Positions 51,606 to 64,000 of a DNA stretch of 64,000 nt are shown here, piece by piece. Within the stretch, counting starts at the first letter, position 1. Every line of letters starts with the position of its first letter. Below the pieces are notes generated by a model, which was not told the origin of the DNA, ran no database searches, and saw only the letters and a list, made by a program, of their open reading frames with translations. The translations under genes and the position numbers were made by a program. The DNA is from Cystobasidiomycetes sp. EMM_F5 (lineage: Eukaryota): NCBI GenBank assembly GCA_051047955.1, contig JBPGPT010000021.1, positions 186,001 to 250,000 of the forward strand. The letters run 5' to 3'.

Positions 51606-52048
51606 TTAGGGATTACGAGGAGGAGCACGACCGGCCCGTCTGAGCAGCCACTGACCAGTGCTAATGATTGTGTTTTCCACAGGCACGCAGAAGCGGCTCA
51701 CATTCAGCGGGGTCCTTACGCAGCAGGCCTCATCACCCCAACGAGTCCAAGATGGCGCGTTTGGTATATCACTAAACAAATCGCCAGCAACACCAGGTCC
51801 CGGAGAAGCGGTCATTCTGTGTCGAGGAAAGATCGGCGGATTGCTCACGGTTGAGGACCTGTATTGATTGTACTCAGTCCAGGAAGCCGTACCTCATGAG
51901 CAACAACTTACCGCCTGCCACTATCATTGTCACCGCGATTGGTCTGCGGTGCTACAGCAGTTGAGCTGGAGTTCGAGGAACGCGGAGAGGTTCGCTGCAG
52001 CAACGGACGTCGCTCTGCTTGGAATCCTCTGGAGCTGCTGCGGTCCAT
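51606..52048 (-). CDS. Small 129-aa uncharacterised protein, paralog A (exons 52048-51912 and 51858-51606)
   Basis: MDRSSSRGFQAERRPLL...; phase-2 intron gtaagt...ctgag...cag; exon 2 IFPR...GP...SWTRWGDEACC. Homologous to the adjacent gene. Confidence 0.7.
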
Positions 52049-52393
52049 GTTGAGGATATTGAGCGTAAGGAGGCAAGCGTGCCCAAAGCGCCTTTCAGGC
52101 ATCAGACAAGGTCTCGTTCTGCGCAGCCCCCACGGCCAAAGACCTCTTAAGCTGTGTACTTTGCGCCACATTGTACCGGTATCCGTCCGCGATAATATTG
52201 TGGCTTAAAAAAGCATCGATGGTAGGAGGTGCTGCAGCGACTTTCCGGGTGTCGTTTGCCAATACTGGCAGGCCACAGGTCCGTCCACCGTCCACTTTCA
52301 CAGACCAGCTTTCTCGGTGGCGTCAACGTCACGTCGATGTGATGCATCCAGAACCTCAGCACATCAGCTTCCGCCAATATATCTCAGCAAGTC

Positions 52394-52727
52394 ATGTCAA
52401 CTTCAGCTCCAATCGTCAGTAGGCGACCCGGTGGTCTACCTCGACCAATGCTGGCGTTGTCAGTGAACCATACAGCATGCTGTTTTATACCGGATCGTCA
52501 GCTGATCCTCTTCCTTCAGAGCGTTGGCCATTCCAGTTGTCGCTATCGCGTACGCAGTCAGCAACCGCTCAAAGGCCCGTGAGGAGATGTCCAAAGCCAA
52601 CAAATATCCCCAGCTTGGGCAGTTTGGACAACACCCGCCTCCAGAAAGATCGGGCGGGGGTGAGTACATCGAATGGGCCCGCTTGTCATTTCTCAGACTG
52701 AGCACCAACATATACGCAGGCATTTAA
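52394..52727 (+). CDS. 70-aa single-pass membrane microprotein ending RSGGGI (exons 52394-52458, 52520-52659, 52720-52727)
   Basis: Two canonical introns give MSTSAPIVSRRPGGLPRPMLALALAIPVVAIAYAVSNRSKAREEMSKANKYPQLGQFGQHPPPERSGGGI*. Confidence 0.7.
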
Positions 52728-52920
52728 GCCTAAAGCAAAGGGTCGCAGCAGTCGCAACCCCTTTACAACAACACCCAGCCATTATGACCGACATTCGCCA
52801 CTGAACATCGTCTCTGCCTAGCCCAATCAGAGAGATGCTACTGAACCACCGCATTTTGACTGTAGCATAATTTTAGCATGTAGCACTAGAGATTGCATGA
52901 ACCCAAGCAGAAAGCTCACT

Positions 52921-55900
52921 TCACTTCACCACCAAACAATCGTCTTCATCGTCATCAAACTGAATCAGATCCACTTCGGCCGTTTGCGCAGACTCCACTC
53001 GCTTTCGCTTATTTGCATTCATTGCATTCTGATCGGTGTCAGATATTGGTACGTCCAGTACCATACCGTCCATCTCGTTTGTAGCATCATCGGCCGTTTC
53101 CGTTTGTGAATCGTCATAGTCGGGCTCTTCAGGCACGTCCGGATCGTAGCCAAAGTCCTCTTGCATAGACATCTGTGCAAGAAGCTCCTCCACATCCCTG
53201 GCGATAGTTGCCTTGCGTCCCAGGTCATCTTCCATAGCTTCATCGACTTCGCGTCCTTCCCTCGTTTGGACAGAGGGCAGTAGATCATTTGCCTTGGCTT
53301 CTGCCTCCGCGATCTTCCTCCACTCTCGAAGCATCTTCATCTTCTCTTCAGCCTCGTTCGAGCACCTGCAGACTTTCCCAAAGTCGCCACTCTCCTCTAC
53401 ATGCATTATACTGGCCAGTGCAACTTTGCACGCCAATTGCTTGGCAGACGATTGCGAGTGATGCGCTATCCGAGATTGTTCGCGTCCGTGCCACGTCACA
53501 GTGACCATGGCCGGCAGAGATATATCGGGTCGAGGATGGGCTCTACAATTTTGCATCATACTTAGCTTGAAGCATGTAAGCCGTATCGGCTGGCTGCACT
53601 TACTTGATTTCGAAATCTCGGCACCGCTTATGTGCCAGGAATAAACGCAAGCGCGACGTGGGATCTCTCGGTGCGGCCTCTTTGTGCGGTAAGAGCGCAA
53701 AAAGGTCTTCGAAGACCTTGTCCAGAACTTCAAATACGACCGAAACCTGCCAACCGGAATCGATGAAGATTGCGCCAATGACGCCCTCCAAAGCGTCTGC
53801 AGCTGGCTTGGGCGGATCGAACAGCCAAATCTCATGAACAAAGTCTTCATGATCCAGCTGCTGAGCCTCCTTTAGAGCCCTGGTGAAGTGTTCACCAAGC
53901 AGAGGCGCAGAATGCAGAATGTACCGCTGCAAACCCATAAAGCGCAGAGCGAGATATCCGAGAGCACTATTGCTGACGAGGACCGAACGAAGACGCGTCA
54001 AATGCGATGGTGTAGCCGTTGGAAAGCGTCTGCTGAGCCGGTCAATCACGAAATTGTCCAGCACAGCTATCCGTGTCTTCCTGTTAGCCCAATTACCGAT
54101 TCAGACTATGACTTTAGAGACATACCGTCTCCTAAGAACTCTTCTCGCTCTTGACAGTGTGTACTGGCATTGGAGAAGCTCCGATGGGTCAAAGCTTGCT
54201 GGAGCAGCTGACCATGCTTGAAGGTATAGCCTAATTGATCCTGAAGAGGCTTCAAGGCTTGACCTACTGGAATTCTCCGCAGCTGATGATCAGTTTCATA
54301 ACGCTCGTTCCATGGGACTGGTCCACCGAAACACAGTCCTAATGCGTCGCCCGCCCGCAGTACGGCGTCGAAGCCGCCGGAAAGGTATGCTGCTCCAAGC
54401 AGCGCTTCGATACAGTCTGACAGCGCTCTTCGGGGAACAACACGTAGCGAAGATAGCCCATCCGCTGCCAGCGTACCATTCTCCAGGGTGGCCGGTACCC
54501 AGGTTCGCATTCGGTGAAACTCGGTAAAGACGTGCTGCGACAAGTCTTTCTTCATCGCTTTCAACCTTAGATGCTGATTATCAACCGAGTTCATCCGTCT
54601 TGCTGATAGCCCGCCCTCATCTTTGGCCATGTACCTGTTGTATACGTACACTGTTACAGCCAATTTGAGCGCGGAGTCTCCGATAGTTTCCAAGGTTTGG
54701 TAGTCCTTGCCGGTGCAGCACATTGGCAGTGTAAGAGCTCTGTAAGCAAAGACGACGCTGAGAGGAGATTCTATTCATCTATTCATCGAAATGGAATCCG
54801 GCTTACTGTATTACCAACGGAATACTGATTGCCGGAAGCTGCAAAGCTCGGATGGCGTTCTGCGCACGAGCTTGATCGTGTATCGCTCGTGTCAATGATG
54901 GCAGCCAACTGAAGCCATTCCACACAGCAACAGGAATATGAGACACCTTGCACAACGTCCATGGCAGAACGAATGCATTTGTCATATCCGCTTCATTAGC
55001 AGTGGACTTGCCTGCCTCTAGCGCTTGAAGCTGACCGAGAGTGCCGGGTTCAACCATATCGTCGGCATCATCGTCGACATCATGCTGTTGCGTTTTGTAA
55101 GTGCGCCATTTCCAGTCTGGCAACTCCCACTGCGGAATTATTAGGTCCTCGTTTCCCTCAAGCACATTGCTCGAAGTAGCCGTCGAGTTCGCTTCTGTCA
55201 CGGTCGCTGCCATACGAACGTCTGAGGCCGGAATAGCAGGATTTGAAGCAGCCTTGATCGGGTTCAGGTTATTGCGAATGCTAAAGCAGGGTTGGAGATG
55301 AAGCATGACCGCGTCGAAATCCACTGCACTGGCATCGACTCCCTCGTAATCCAGAAGAGCGACCAATGCCTCACCAAAAGTAGCTGTGCGTTCGAAAATG
55401 CGACCCCTTTTGGTCAGGCCGGTGATGCGTGGCATATTTCTGGAATTGAGGTCATGCCGTACTGCATGTACAGTAAAAATATGCTTTCGCATAAAGTTCC
55501 ATGGCGCAATGATGAGATTGTTAGGCTTGACCTCGTCCACGCTGCGTAAGTCGGAGTAGGGTGTGTTCACAACATTCCAATCGATGTCGTATCCGAAGCT
55601 TTTGTATGTGAGCGGTGCTATAAAATACAGCAAGTGACCCTTGATCTCCTTGCGATTGATTGATTGCATCACGACCCATCTAGTAAAGGTATCAAGTTTC
55701 TTCATGTACTCTTCTCGCTGGCTGTCCGACCACTTGATCTGCCTAAGGGATCGGACAGTCACTGAACGAGACTGGCCAGGCTCATACATCGTGAGGTGAT
55801 CCTGTAGATTCAAAGCTGCGCCGCAGATAAAGCCGAAGACAGTCGATTCCCCGGTATTGCTCTCGTAGCGGATCTCATTAAGCCAAATACTTTTACCTCC

Positions 55901-58373
55901 TTCAGACCACATATTACCGAAAGGGTTGCTGGCTAGGGTTTCGGAGTGCAAGGGCAGCACGGTGCGATCCACGAGTTCATCATCCGCATCTCGAGCATTG
56001 TCACCACGACCTTCCCGTAGAGGTAATAGGAAGTCATCGAGAATACCATATTGATGCAAGGTGCGACAAGCTTTGAATGCTACGGCTTGCTTCGCTCCTC
56101 TCTTCGTCTGGATCTCGGGTCCTTCGATCTTCCGCTCGTTCGGTGGCAGGAGTGGCATCATAGGGAGTCTCACCTCGCACTTGTAAGGCGGAAACAGCTG
56201 AGTAAGCTTGTACTCTGCTTTTGATGGAGGTGAGTATGCATCGCTGGGAAGGATAGCGCACACAGTCTCCAACAAAGCAATAGCAGAACCATAGGTGAGC
56301 GTAGCGCCAGTCTTCTCCACGACATAGCGAGGCGTGTTCTCAAGCTCGGCTTCTTCAGGATCATCCTCAACATGTCTTTGCTCGTACATAGAATCCAATT
56401 GCGGCTCGGCATGAGCATATCTGAGGTAGTTGTGATGCTCAATCGTGTCCCGCTGGAGCATGACGACGAATTCCGAATCTTTCCGCCGTGCTCGGCCTCT
56501 ACTTTGTATGTAGCCCTTATAGGTAGCCATGGTGTCAAAGCGAACAATCAGATTGCAAGCAGGGAAATCCAGCCCTTCCTCCGCCACATCGGTAGCCACG
56601 AGAAGGTTAGTGATACTGTCTCGAAAAGCCTGGACAGCGCGGCGTTGCTAAGGGTAGAGCAAGGATCAACATTAGATTTGACACACAGCTGCTCACGACT
56701 TACGTATGCAGATTGCATGCCCTCGCTAGCGAGGCGTTCTACACCTGATGCACCATGCCCTACAAAATGCTCTGGGCGTAAGAATCTTTGCAGGCTTTGA
56801 CTTTTGCCCAGAATGAAGGCGAGAGCCTGAGCGTGATGCCGCTGTTGCACGAATACAATGGCATGAAAGTCGCGCTTCGTTTCGTACTTTGTTAGCAAGT
56901 TTATCAGTACTTTGACCTTGTCCGATACGTGGCCAAGCTGAAAGTACGGCATCTTCTGCAGATGGCGCTCCATCTTGTTTGCAAGCTTCGCTACTTCTGG
57001 GATCCTACCAGAGGCACGGATCTTGCGCAGGGACTCCTTAGTCGCAGTCGGGTCGCAAAGCGACTTCAACCAGTTGCAAATGTAGATATCGCAAGCTAGG
57101 TTGCCGAGGGTCTGCATAACTACTGTTAGCATATTTATACGGGGATGGACGAATTAAACGCACGCCTTTGATGTTCTCAACCCGCCTTCGGACTTTATCT
57201 TCCTTTTCGATTAAATCCCAAATCTCCAGGTCCTCCAGCAGAACCTCGAAGTCTGTCTCGTTGGTATAGTGCTGTTCAATGCTGTAGTACAAGGGAAGCT
57301 CGGTTGGCTTGAGTACATACTGCGATGCCTCATTCTTCTCAGCCTTGGTAGTCACAATAACGGCATCCATATTAGCTTCGAGATGCGCCATATCCATTCC
57401 TGGATTGTTGGGATTGAAAATCGGTGACGCTGTCATGCCGAGTATGTGCGGCAATGGATCAGACGGCGCCCGAGATTCTTTGTAGCGATGGTACTCTTGC
57501 CTTCATTGAAGTACTCAGCTCAGCGTGTGCGATTTGAGCAGAGATGCATCACCTTACATGATTTTATTATAGGGATGAGATTTTGCACAATGATGGCACT
57601 CGTCCTGGCGATACGTCGTGCGTCAAAGTCAGCGAACGCCTAGCGGATAACACCGCATCCATACCAGGATCATCAATTCGATCTGCTGATCGATGTCAGC
57701 GGTGTCCAAGATACGGACATAGACACACAACCCACTCTGTCTATGGGCCAATAGCCGTGAAGTAGACAATTCAGCCAGATTTGTGGAGTCATTACCACAC
57801 AATCTGCGCGCTCCAGCTCAGCCTGCCATTTTGCCGTCACCCAGAAGTCGATGCCCTCTAAAGATTGAAGACATGAGCATATACAACGCGCATAGCCTCG
57901 GTAATGCTTCACCCGTATCGCCTGTATAGGTCGCCACTTTCAGCGGGGTGTGACTTCGGACAGCTTCGGACTGCTGTTCCACCAGAGCGACCGTTGGGGC
58001 AAGAAACACGACCAGTTTGTGCTCCGCTTGAAAGCTGGGCAGGCTTGTCATATAGCGGATGAGCATGATCTGTCCATTATACATTGTAAGCGAGCGAAAT
58101 TGCACACTGCGGCGATTGTACGCACGGCAATAAACGTCTTTCCCATTCCCGTGTCCAGACGAACGATGGCATTGCGTTCTTGACATATTTGCAAAAGTTC
58201 GCCTTGATACCCACGAGCTCTGAAATGATGTCTGACAACTCAGCCGGCGTTGCGAAACGAGCATGTCGTTATATACATCTAAGTCGATATCATCTGTCAG
58301 AACGGTACACACGCTCGGAGGAAGCGGTTCGTACTTTGACTTCGCTGACCACGCCTTGTTTGACTTGAACCAT
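52921..58373 (-). CDS. Dicer-like endoribonuclease (DExH helicase, HelicC, dsRNA-binding fold, PAZ-like region, 2x RNase III, dsRBD); start uncertain
   Basis: RGYQ.EL...LDTGMGKT, FLAPTVALVEQQ, DECHH, LGMTASP, ATDVAEEGLD, YIQSRGRAR; RNase IIIa YQTLETIGDS...SDCIEALLGA; RNase IIIb EREEFLGD...ADALEGVIGA. Confidence 0.95.
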
Positions 58374-59826
58374 TCTGGCTATAGTAGCCAGACCAGACTG
58401 GCTGGCCGTTCTATGGCAGACCTGCGCGAACCTAACTCATGGTTAAGATTCCAAGACGAGCATGCTGTTGTATGGTCATATCGTGACAGTGAGAGGAGCA
58501 AAGAAGCAGTCGACACTTTGCCACCGGGTTGACGCAAAAAGACACGTGTGGAGAGCCCGACCAACCAATATCGAATAACCGCCAGCGAACGCTAGCGACA
58601 CCCCGACTATTCCGCCAGCTACATGACTGACTATGTCATAAGCTATCTGCGCAAAAAGGGCCAATGATAATTGTGGACTTCGTTTGCATTGACAGGATAA
58701 ATCCGTATTCAAGCCATACCTTCCTTATGATCACTCTTCCCATTCTAACTCCTTCTCCTACTCTGCGATCTCCTGCTTGTGTCCTACTGACTGCTGAACG
58801 CGAAGGTCGCCATCTTCATTAATACGCAATGCTTCTCTCCCCTCTGCAGTCCTCCTCCCATTCCTCACACGCCGTGGATAAAGCCTCCCTCGTCTTCAGT
58901 GCGGACTGAAAGGACTATGCTTGCCACTATGGCGCACGTGAGGTGCGCTGGCGGTGGAGATGTCTGTATGACTGCCCCGCAATTGTAAACGAATTCCTCT
59001 AATATGGCTTGTGTGAGCGAGGCCATATCGCGATAAAAGCTGTACGTGGGCAAGCTGAACGGGACACAGAAATCATATCCGTCAATGTTTTGTTTTGACA
59101 GCTCCTCGAGCTTTTGTGAGTCAATGAAAGAAAAGATGATGACCGTTGTATGCGGGAAAATCCTCTTGCGTCACGGTCCATACCAACATCCGCGCAGCAT
59201 ACTTCTATCGATTCTGGCCACATGCTTGGAATGTACACCAATCACGTAGATCTCTGCCTTTGATTCCCGCGACAATTCTAGAAGGTATGCTGGGAAATCA
59301 AGGGTCGCCTTGAGTCAGCTCGAATACAGCCATACCGCGTATAAAATATCAATCACCTGCGCGAGAAAAGGAGACTTTCCACCCACTTCAGTATCTCCGT
59401 GCAAGGCAAGAGTTGGGAGGGGAGTCTTGGTATGAGAAGGCAGCCCGGGTTTGGCTGCAGAAGAATTGCCAAGCGGATCTCTTACGAAAACGGTTTGTTG
59501 TGACTCGTGCGGTGTCTTTGTGCCTTTGAGCACACTCCAGGCTCGTGGCGGCTGGCAGGTCTGTCACTCGGGCATTTTAGTATGTTTACGACATTACTTC
59601 TGCGACCGTTGAACTATATGAGAATCCCAACAAAGGACGAAAAGCAACCGCGTTCAACAGTTTGACCCGGTTCTTGCCTAGCGCCTTGCAAACGACATTT
59701 TCAAACTCACCCCTAAGCCCTTCTATTCTTTATCAGAATAGTCGGGGATATTCGCAGCACGCGCTCAACAACGTAACTCTGGTGATGGGCTGAGAGTCTG
59801 AATATGCTGATATCGAGGTATCACGC

Positions 59827-62800
59827 TCAGTCTACATCGTCAAAGCGGTGTTCGTCTCCCTCGCCCTCGGAAGACGCCTCGTTGATGCCAATGCCTCCAA
59901 CCGTCTGCTCGAGCCACGAGATGGCCAGCTCCTCCTTGCACTCTCGTTCCCATTCCGGTATATCCGGGTCGTCAGAGTCTGGCAGAGTGGGGAAATCAGT
60001 GCTTGTGAGGTTGGTCCCGTTGGCCGGAAACATCTCTCCGCCAAGCACAAGGTAAACGGAAGGCAGGAAATTGTCGGCCTCTTGTTGAACAACATAAGTC
60101 GGCGGCGTTCTCCATGTAAGTCGACAGTAATCTGTGTCAATGAGGCTTAGCTCTCTCTCCACATTGCACGGTATCGGCAGCTCTTACCGTGTAAAAGATC
60201 CTGGTTGGTGCCGTATGAGGTCGCGGCGTGCTGCACAAATTCGATGGGAAGCTCGTCTCCCTTGCGTACGGCCACTATACCTTGCGACGCAAGAGCCTCC
60301 GACTCGTTCGGCATCAGACTCTCCTGTAACAGCAAACCCCTGAGAACTTTGGCGGCAACATCCTCCTTTTCGCACGAGATGGGAGTCCAGTCTTCGGCAT
60401 CAGGAGCTGGCATGGGAATGTACACTGCGTCACCAATTGTAATGTCGTAGAGAGGTGGTGTCGGGTTGGGATACAGAGCTTGCGTGTACACCGGCTGTGA
60501 TAAGCCTTTTGCAAGGCAATGATCTGGCGGAAAGCCGTCAGTATTGCGATATGCGTGACGGTACCGTCACACAAAGACGTACAGGCCAAGAGTGCGACCT
60601 GCGTGACGCCGCTACCGTTGTGAGCTGCCGAATTTGTAGTGGTTGCGCCAGCTGCCTTGGGCGGTGAAGCTTCCAAAGCGGAGGCATCTCCAGCGACCGG
60701 CGTAGAAGGCGGTGCCCTAGTCGGTTTTGCATTCTCCGCCTTCTCTTGATGCTGAGCCGTGCCCGGCAGCGCGGCAGGTGCGGCAGAGGAAGCAGGTTTT
60801 GCGGAACCTTTCTTTGTTGGCTTGCCTTCTATAGCGCCCTTGGCCCGCTCCACGGCCTTCTGGCGAACCTTAAGCAGCTTCTTGCGCTTCTTGGCGCATC
60901 GTGCCAATTGTGGCTTGGATCCATACCATAGCTCGTACTCGCAAAACATGCACATCCACTCATCAACGCCAAAATTGAAGACTGCAGATTTGTTGTCGTG
61001 CGGCAAGACGCCGTCTGGCAATGGCATACCGGCACTAGCCCCTCGCTGCATTTCGTTACCCTCGTGGCCTTTTGCAACGACAGGCGCAGCTGGAAGCCGA
61101 GAAGGTATGTAATTTTGCCGATGGTGAACATTGTTGGCATTGGCGTAGGCCGAGCGCTTCTTCTTTCCCTTCTTCAGCGGCGTTTTGGACACCGTCGCAG
61201 CATCTAGAGGAGCAGGTTCGCCCACCGTAGTGAGGGCTGCGCCTTTAGCAACTTGTGCTTGGCGATTGGCAACGCCTGCAGCGAGAACCCTAGACAAGCG
61301 CTCCTTTTCCTCCTCTAACTCCACCTTCTTGCGTATTAGCTCCTCCTTTCTGCGAGTGCGCAACATGCCCAGCAGGTGTCGCTTCTGGGCCAACAATAAC
61401 TGCAGCTCTCGTGCGAATTCGTCAGATCCGGCAGCAAATGTAAAGGGGCTATCCTCGTATTCGTCAATGGGGACAGTGTGCGGTGGTCGTGTTGGCAGAA
61501 ACCCTAGCGCAGTTGGGTTTCTGCTCATATCGTCGAGGAACCCGATTGCTTTAGGCGGGGCCATACTGAGAAGGTCAGGTACAGTCGGCGAAGCAGTTTG
61601 ATTAGATGATTTGGCTTTAGGTTTCTTCTTCTTAGTCTTGCTGGCAGCTGCTGCTGCCGTCTGAGGCGTTGCGAGACTCCTCCGCAGTGCAAGCACGGCG
61701 CCAGATTCGGGCAGCAGCCGTGACGGTACGACAAGTTCTTCATCTCGAGCCGCTCCAGTGCCTGTCAAGGATGTGTAAAGAATCAGACGCCTGCGGCGAA
61801 GCTTGCGAAAATGATGGTATCGTTGAAATGTTCGAGATGACCGCGGGATTCGGCCAGGCTTCATGCGAGTAACAATTGACAGGCCTACGATAGACGCCGT
61901 TATAGCATTGATGGCTTGTGCGAGCACAGCTGTGCCTATCTCGAAACGCGTCAGCATTGCATTCTGTGAGGGGTAATATATTGACGGTGCATACCGCGAG
62001 TGAAGTCCGACAGTGTCGTTGTGTCTCCAGTCATAGCATCCTTCTCCAGCCAAGGTGCTAGTGAATCGAGTGCGGACGCCAACGGCAGAGCTGATGACGC
62101 ATGCTTGTTTCCAGGCTGCGTTTCATTATTAAACCCGCCGTTGATCGATGTTGCGCTTACACGAGAAGATCGTCGTGTCAGCTCCGCCGATGTTTCTCTA
62201 CCCCTCGCAGAAGGCACTTTGCGCTTTTTCGACGTCGATGATCCAGCTCTGGCGTTGTTGGCTCTTACGCCTTGCGCGTCAGAGAGATCGGAAAACAGTT
62301 TCTCTTGCTGATACGCCCACCGTTCCAGGTCGTTTGCGTCAAAAGCATCAGGTGCACGTTGATAGCTATCAGTATAGTCGCGGCTAAAAGTTGCATCGTC
62401 TCCATCGTCAAGAAGTTCCTCGTCGGTACCTTGAGAATCGTCGATAGGTTCGTTTCGCAGCAAGCCGTCAAATGATCCTGCAGACGCCATGGACAGCAGC
62501 TCCCGTTGCGCTTCGCGTAGTCTTCGCATGTCGGCTGCATTTGACGTTGAGTTTTGCTTTGCTGGTTGAACATCAATGGGCGGATCTAGCGGTAAAGGAC
62601 ATGACGCCCAAGAGGCAAGCTTCGCCAACTCGTCCAGAGCAGGATCGTTGACGAGCGGTAGACTCGCAAGTGCCGCTTGAGCAGAACCTTTGGCGGGAAC
62701 GTTTGAGCGAACGGAATTTGTCGAAGCCGGTGTATATAAGCCCATTCCGGACAAACAGGCTACTAGGCCAGCCGCTCCAAACAAGCTTTGCCCTACAGCT

Positions 62801-63654
62801 ACGCCTTTAACGAGTCGTTCTATGTCGGACAGGCTTAACATTCCGTCTTCAGTCGATACTTGCCGCGGAAGCTCTGTGCCGTCTGATGATTGCGCAAGTG
62901 AGCCCGAAAGCGGCGCATCATGGGCGATTGGATGGTTCGGAGACACCTTCTCTCTGTCTCGTTTACCAGGATCAATGTACTTCTTCTCGAGCGGCATCTT
63001 GATGATGCGAGCCGTCGTTTCAACCGGCAGAGCCGCGACGTCTTCGTCCGCTTCATCGGGGTAGTCGCTGTCCAGCAAAGTTTTCTCCCCGGCGTGGGCA
63101 TGCTGATCTTCATCGGAAGACGCAGTGCGACTGTCGACAGTGGCAGGTGTCGAGTACACGGGCGTATACGACTCTGGGTCGTACAGGGTGGCCTGGCCCG
63201 TGCCGGTGGACGACGTGATTGACGATGCATCTCCACCCTGTGCGACGCTCAGAGCAGGGACGCCTGACTGCTCCAGCTCGGGCGAGGCAGCTTTGCTACC
63301 AGCTTGCACATTCTCGCCGTCCTGAAACAGGTAGATTCGCCTCCGCTTAGGCAGAGGTCGCAGTAATCGCGGAAGAGCGAGGTCAGTCATTGCAGGCGGG
63401 GTCGGGGCAGCTTCGCGGTCTTGTCCGGACGAGACAGTATCATGGGAGAGGGACTTTAGCAGAGATCCAGAGCTGGGCTGGGGACCATTGGCCATTGAGG
63501 TCGTTCGAGCCAGCTGATCAGAGCTTTGACCAGCGGTTGCTACAGAAGTAGCAGTCGCAGCGGGCTGGGCGTCCTCAGGCTTGTCGACATGCTGAGAAGT
63601 ATTCGGAGACTGCTGGGATCGCGCTGCGCTTGCCTTGCGTAGCGCCGCCAGCAT
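59827..63654 (-). CDS. Large uncharacterised, probably nuclear fungal protein; whether 59827-60524 belongs to the same gene is uncertain
   Basis: Long ORFs join via an intron at ~61993-61936. Motifs LRPLPKRRR, SKKRKVP, KKKRSAYANANNVHHRQNYIPSRLP and DEWMCMFCEYELWYG. A phase-1 intron ending near 60525 would extend it into the 60147 and 59827 ORFs. Confidence 0.65.
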
Positions 63655-64000
63655 CGAGTTTGCCGCTCAAATTGTGTCTCTGTAGAGATGCGAGGATGAC
63701 GAGGACCCACTTCAAAGTCAAGATAATTGCGACCAACTCAGATTGTAGTCTTTGAAGGCTACTCGCACAATACTATGATACATTGCATCGTTTGCGACCG
63801 AATTGGCATGCTACTGTACTTTCGAATTCTGCTGCGATGCTGCTTACCAAAAGTTCGGTAGAACGGGCACACGAAATGCCGCTATACACTTATCAAGATG
63901 CTTTGCGAGTGCAACTGCAAGGCTCTGCAAACGTCGCCATCATAGATCGATTTCCATGTCGCGGTCACCAGTAATAGAAGAGGTAGTGCTCCGCTCGACA

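Overview
Gene-dense, intron-rich fungal genomic DNA. Short GT-AG introns with CTRAY-type branch sites and the gene content suggest a basidiomycete, possibly a yeast; this is an inference. Recognisable genes, in order: NTF2 (5'-truncated), VPS1, POL3, a Zn2Cys6 transcription factor, PIG-X/PBN1, RHO4, a CYP7/8-like P450, eIF3j, condensin BRN1, pyruvate carboxylase (PYC), a ROM2-type RhoGEF, an F-BAR RhoGAP, ATP12, REV1, gluconokinase, an LRR protein, a full Dicer and a large uncharacterised protein. Manual splicing revealed items the ORF track hides. (1) Two tandem paralogous genes of 128 and 129 aa (50819-52048, minus) share PLL, IFPR and SWxRxxxxACC motifs and the same intron phase. (2) A 70-aa three-exon membrane microprotein ends in RSGGGI. 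(3) An intron-containing partial copy of PYC lies in the PYC upstream region; its exon differences are almost all synonymous while its introns are nearly identical. (4) A secreted precursor with many dibasic Kex2-type sites carries alternating His/acidic peptides. (5) A 488-aa orphan has a putative papain-like N-terminal module and a toxin-like C-terminal motif. No rRNA, tRNA, CRISPR or intact transposon was seen. Exon boundaries were read by eye, and several start codons are approximate.
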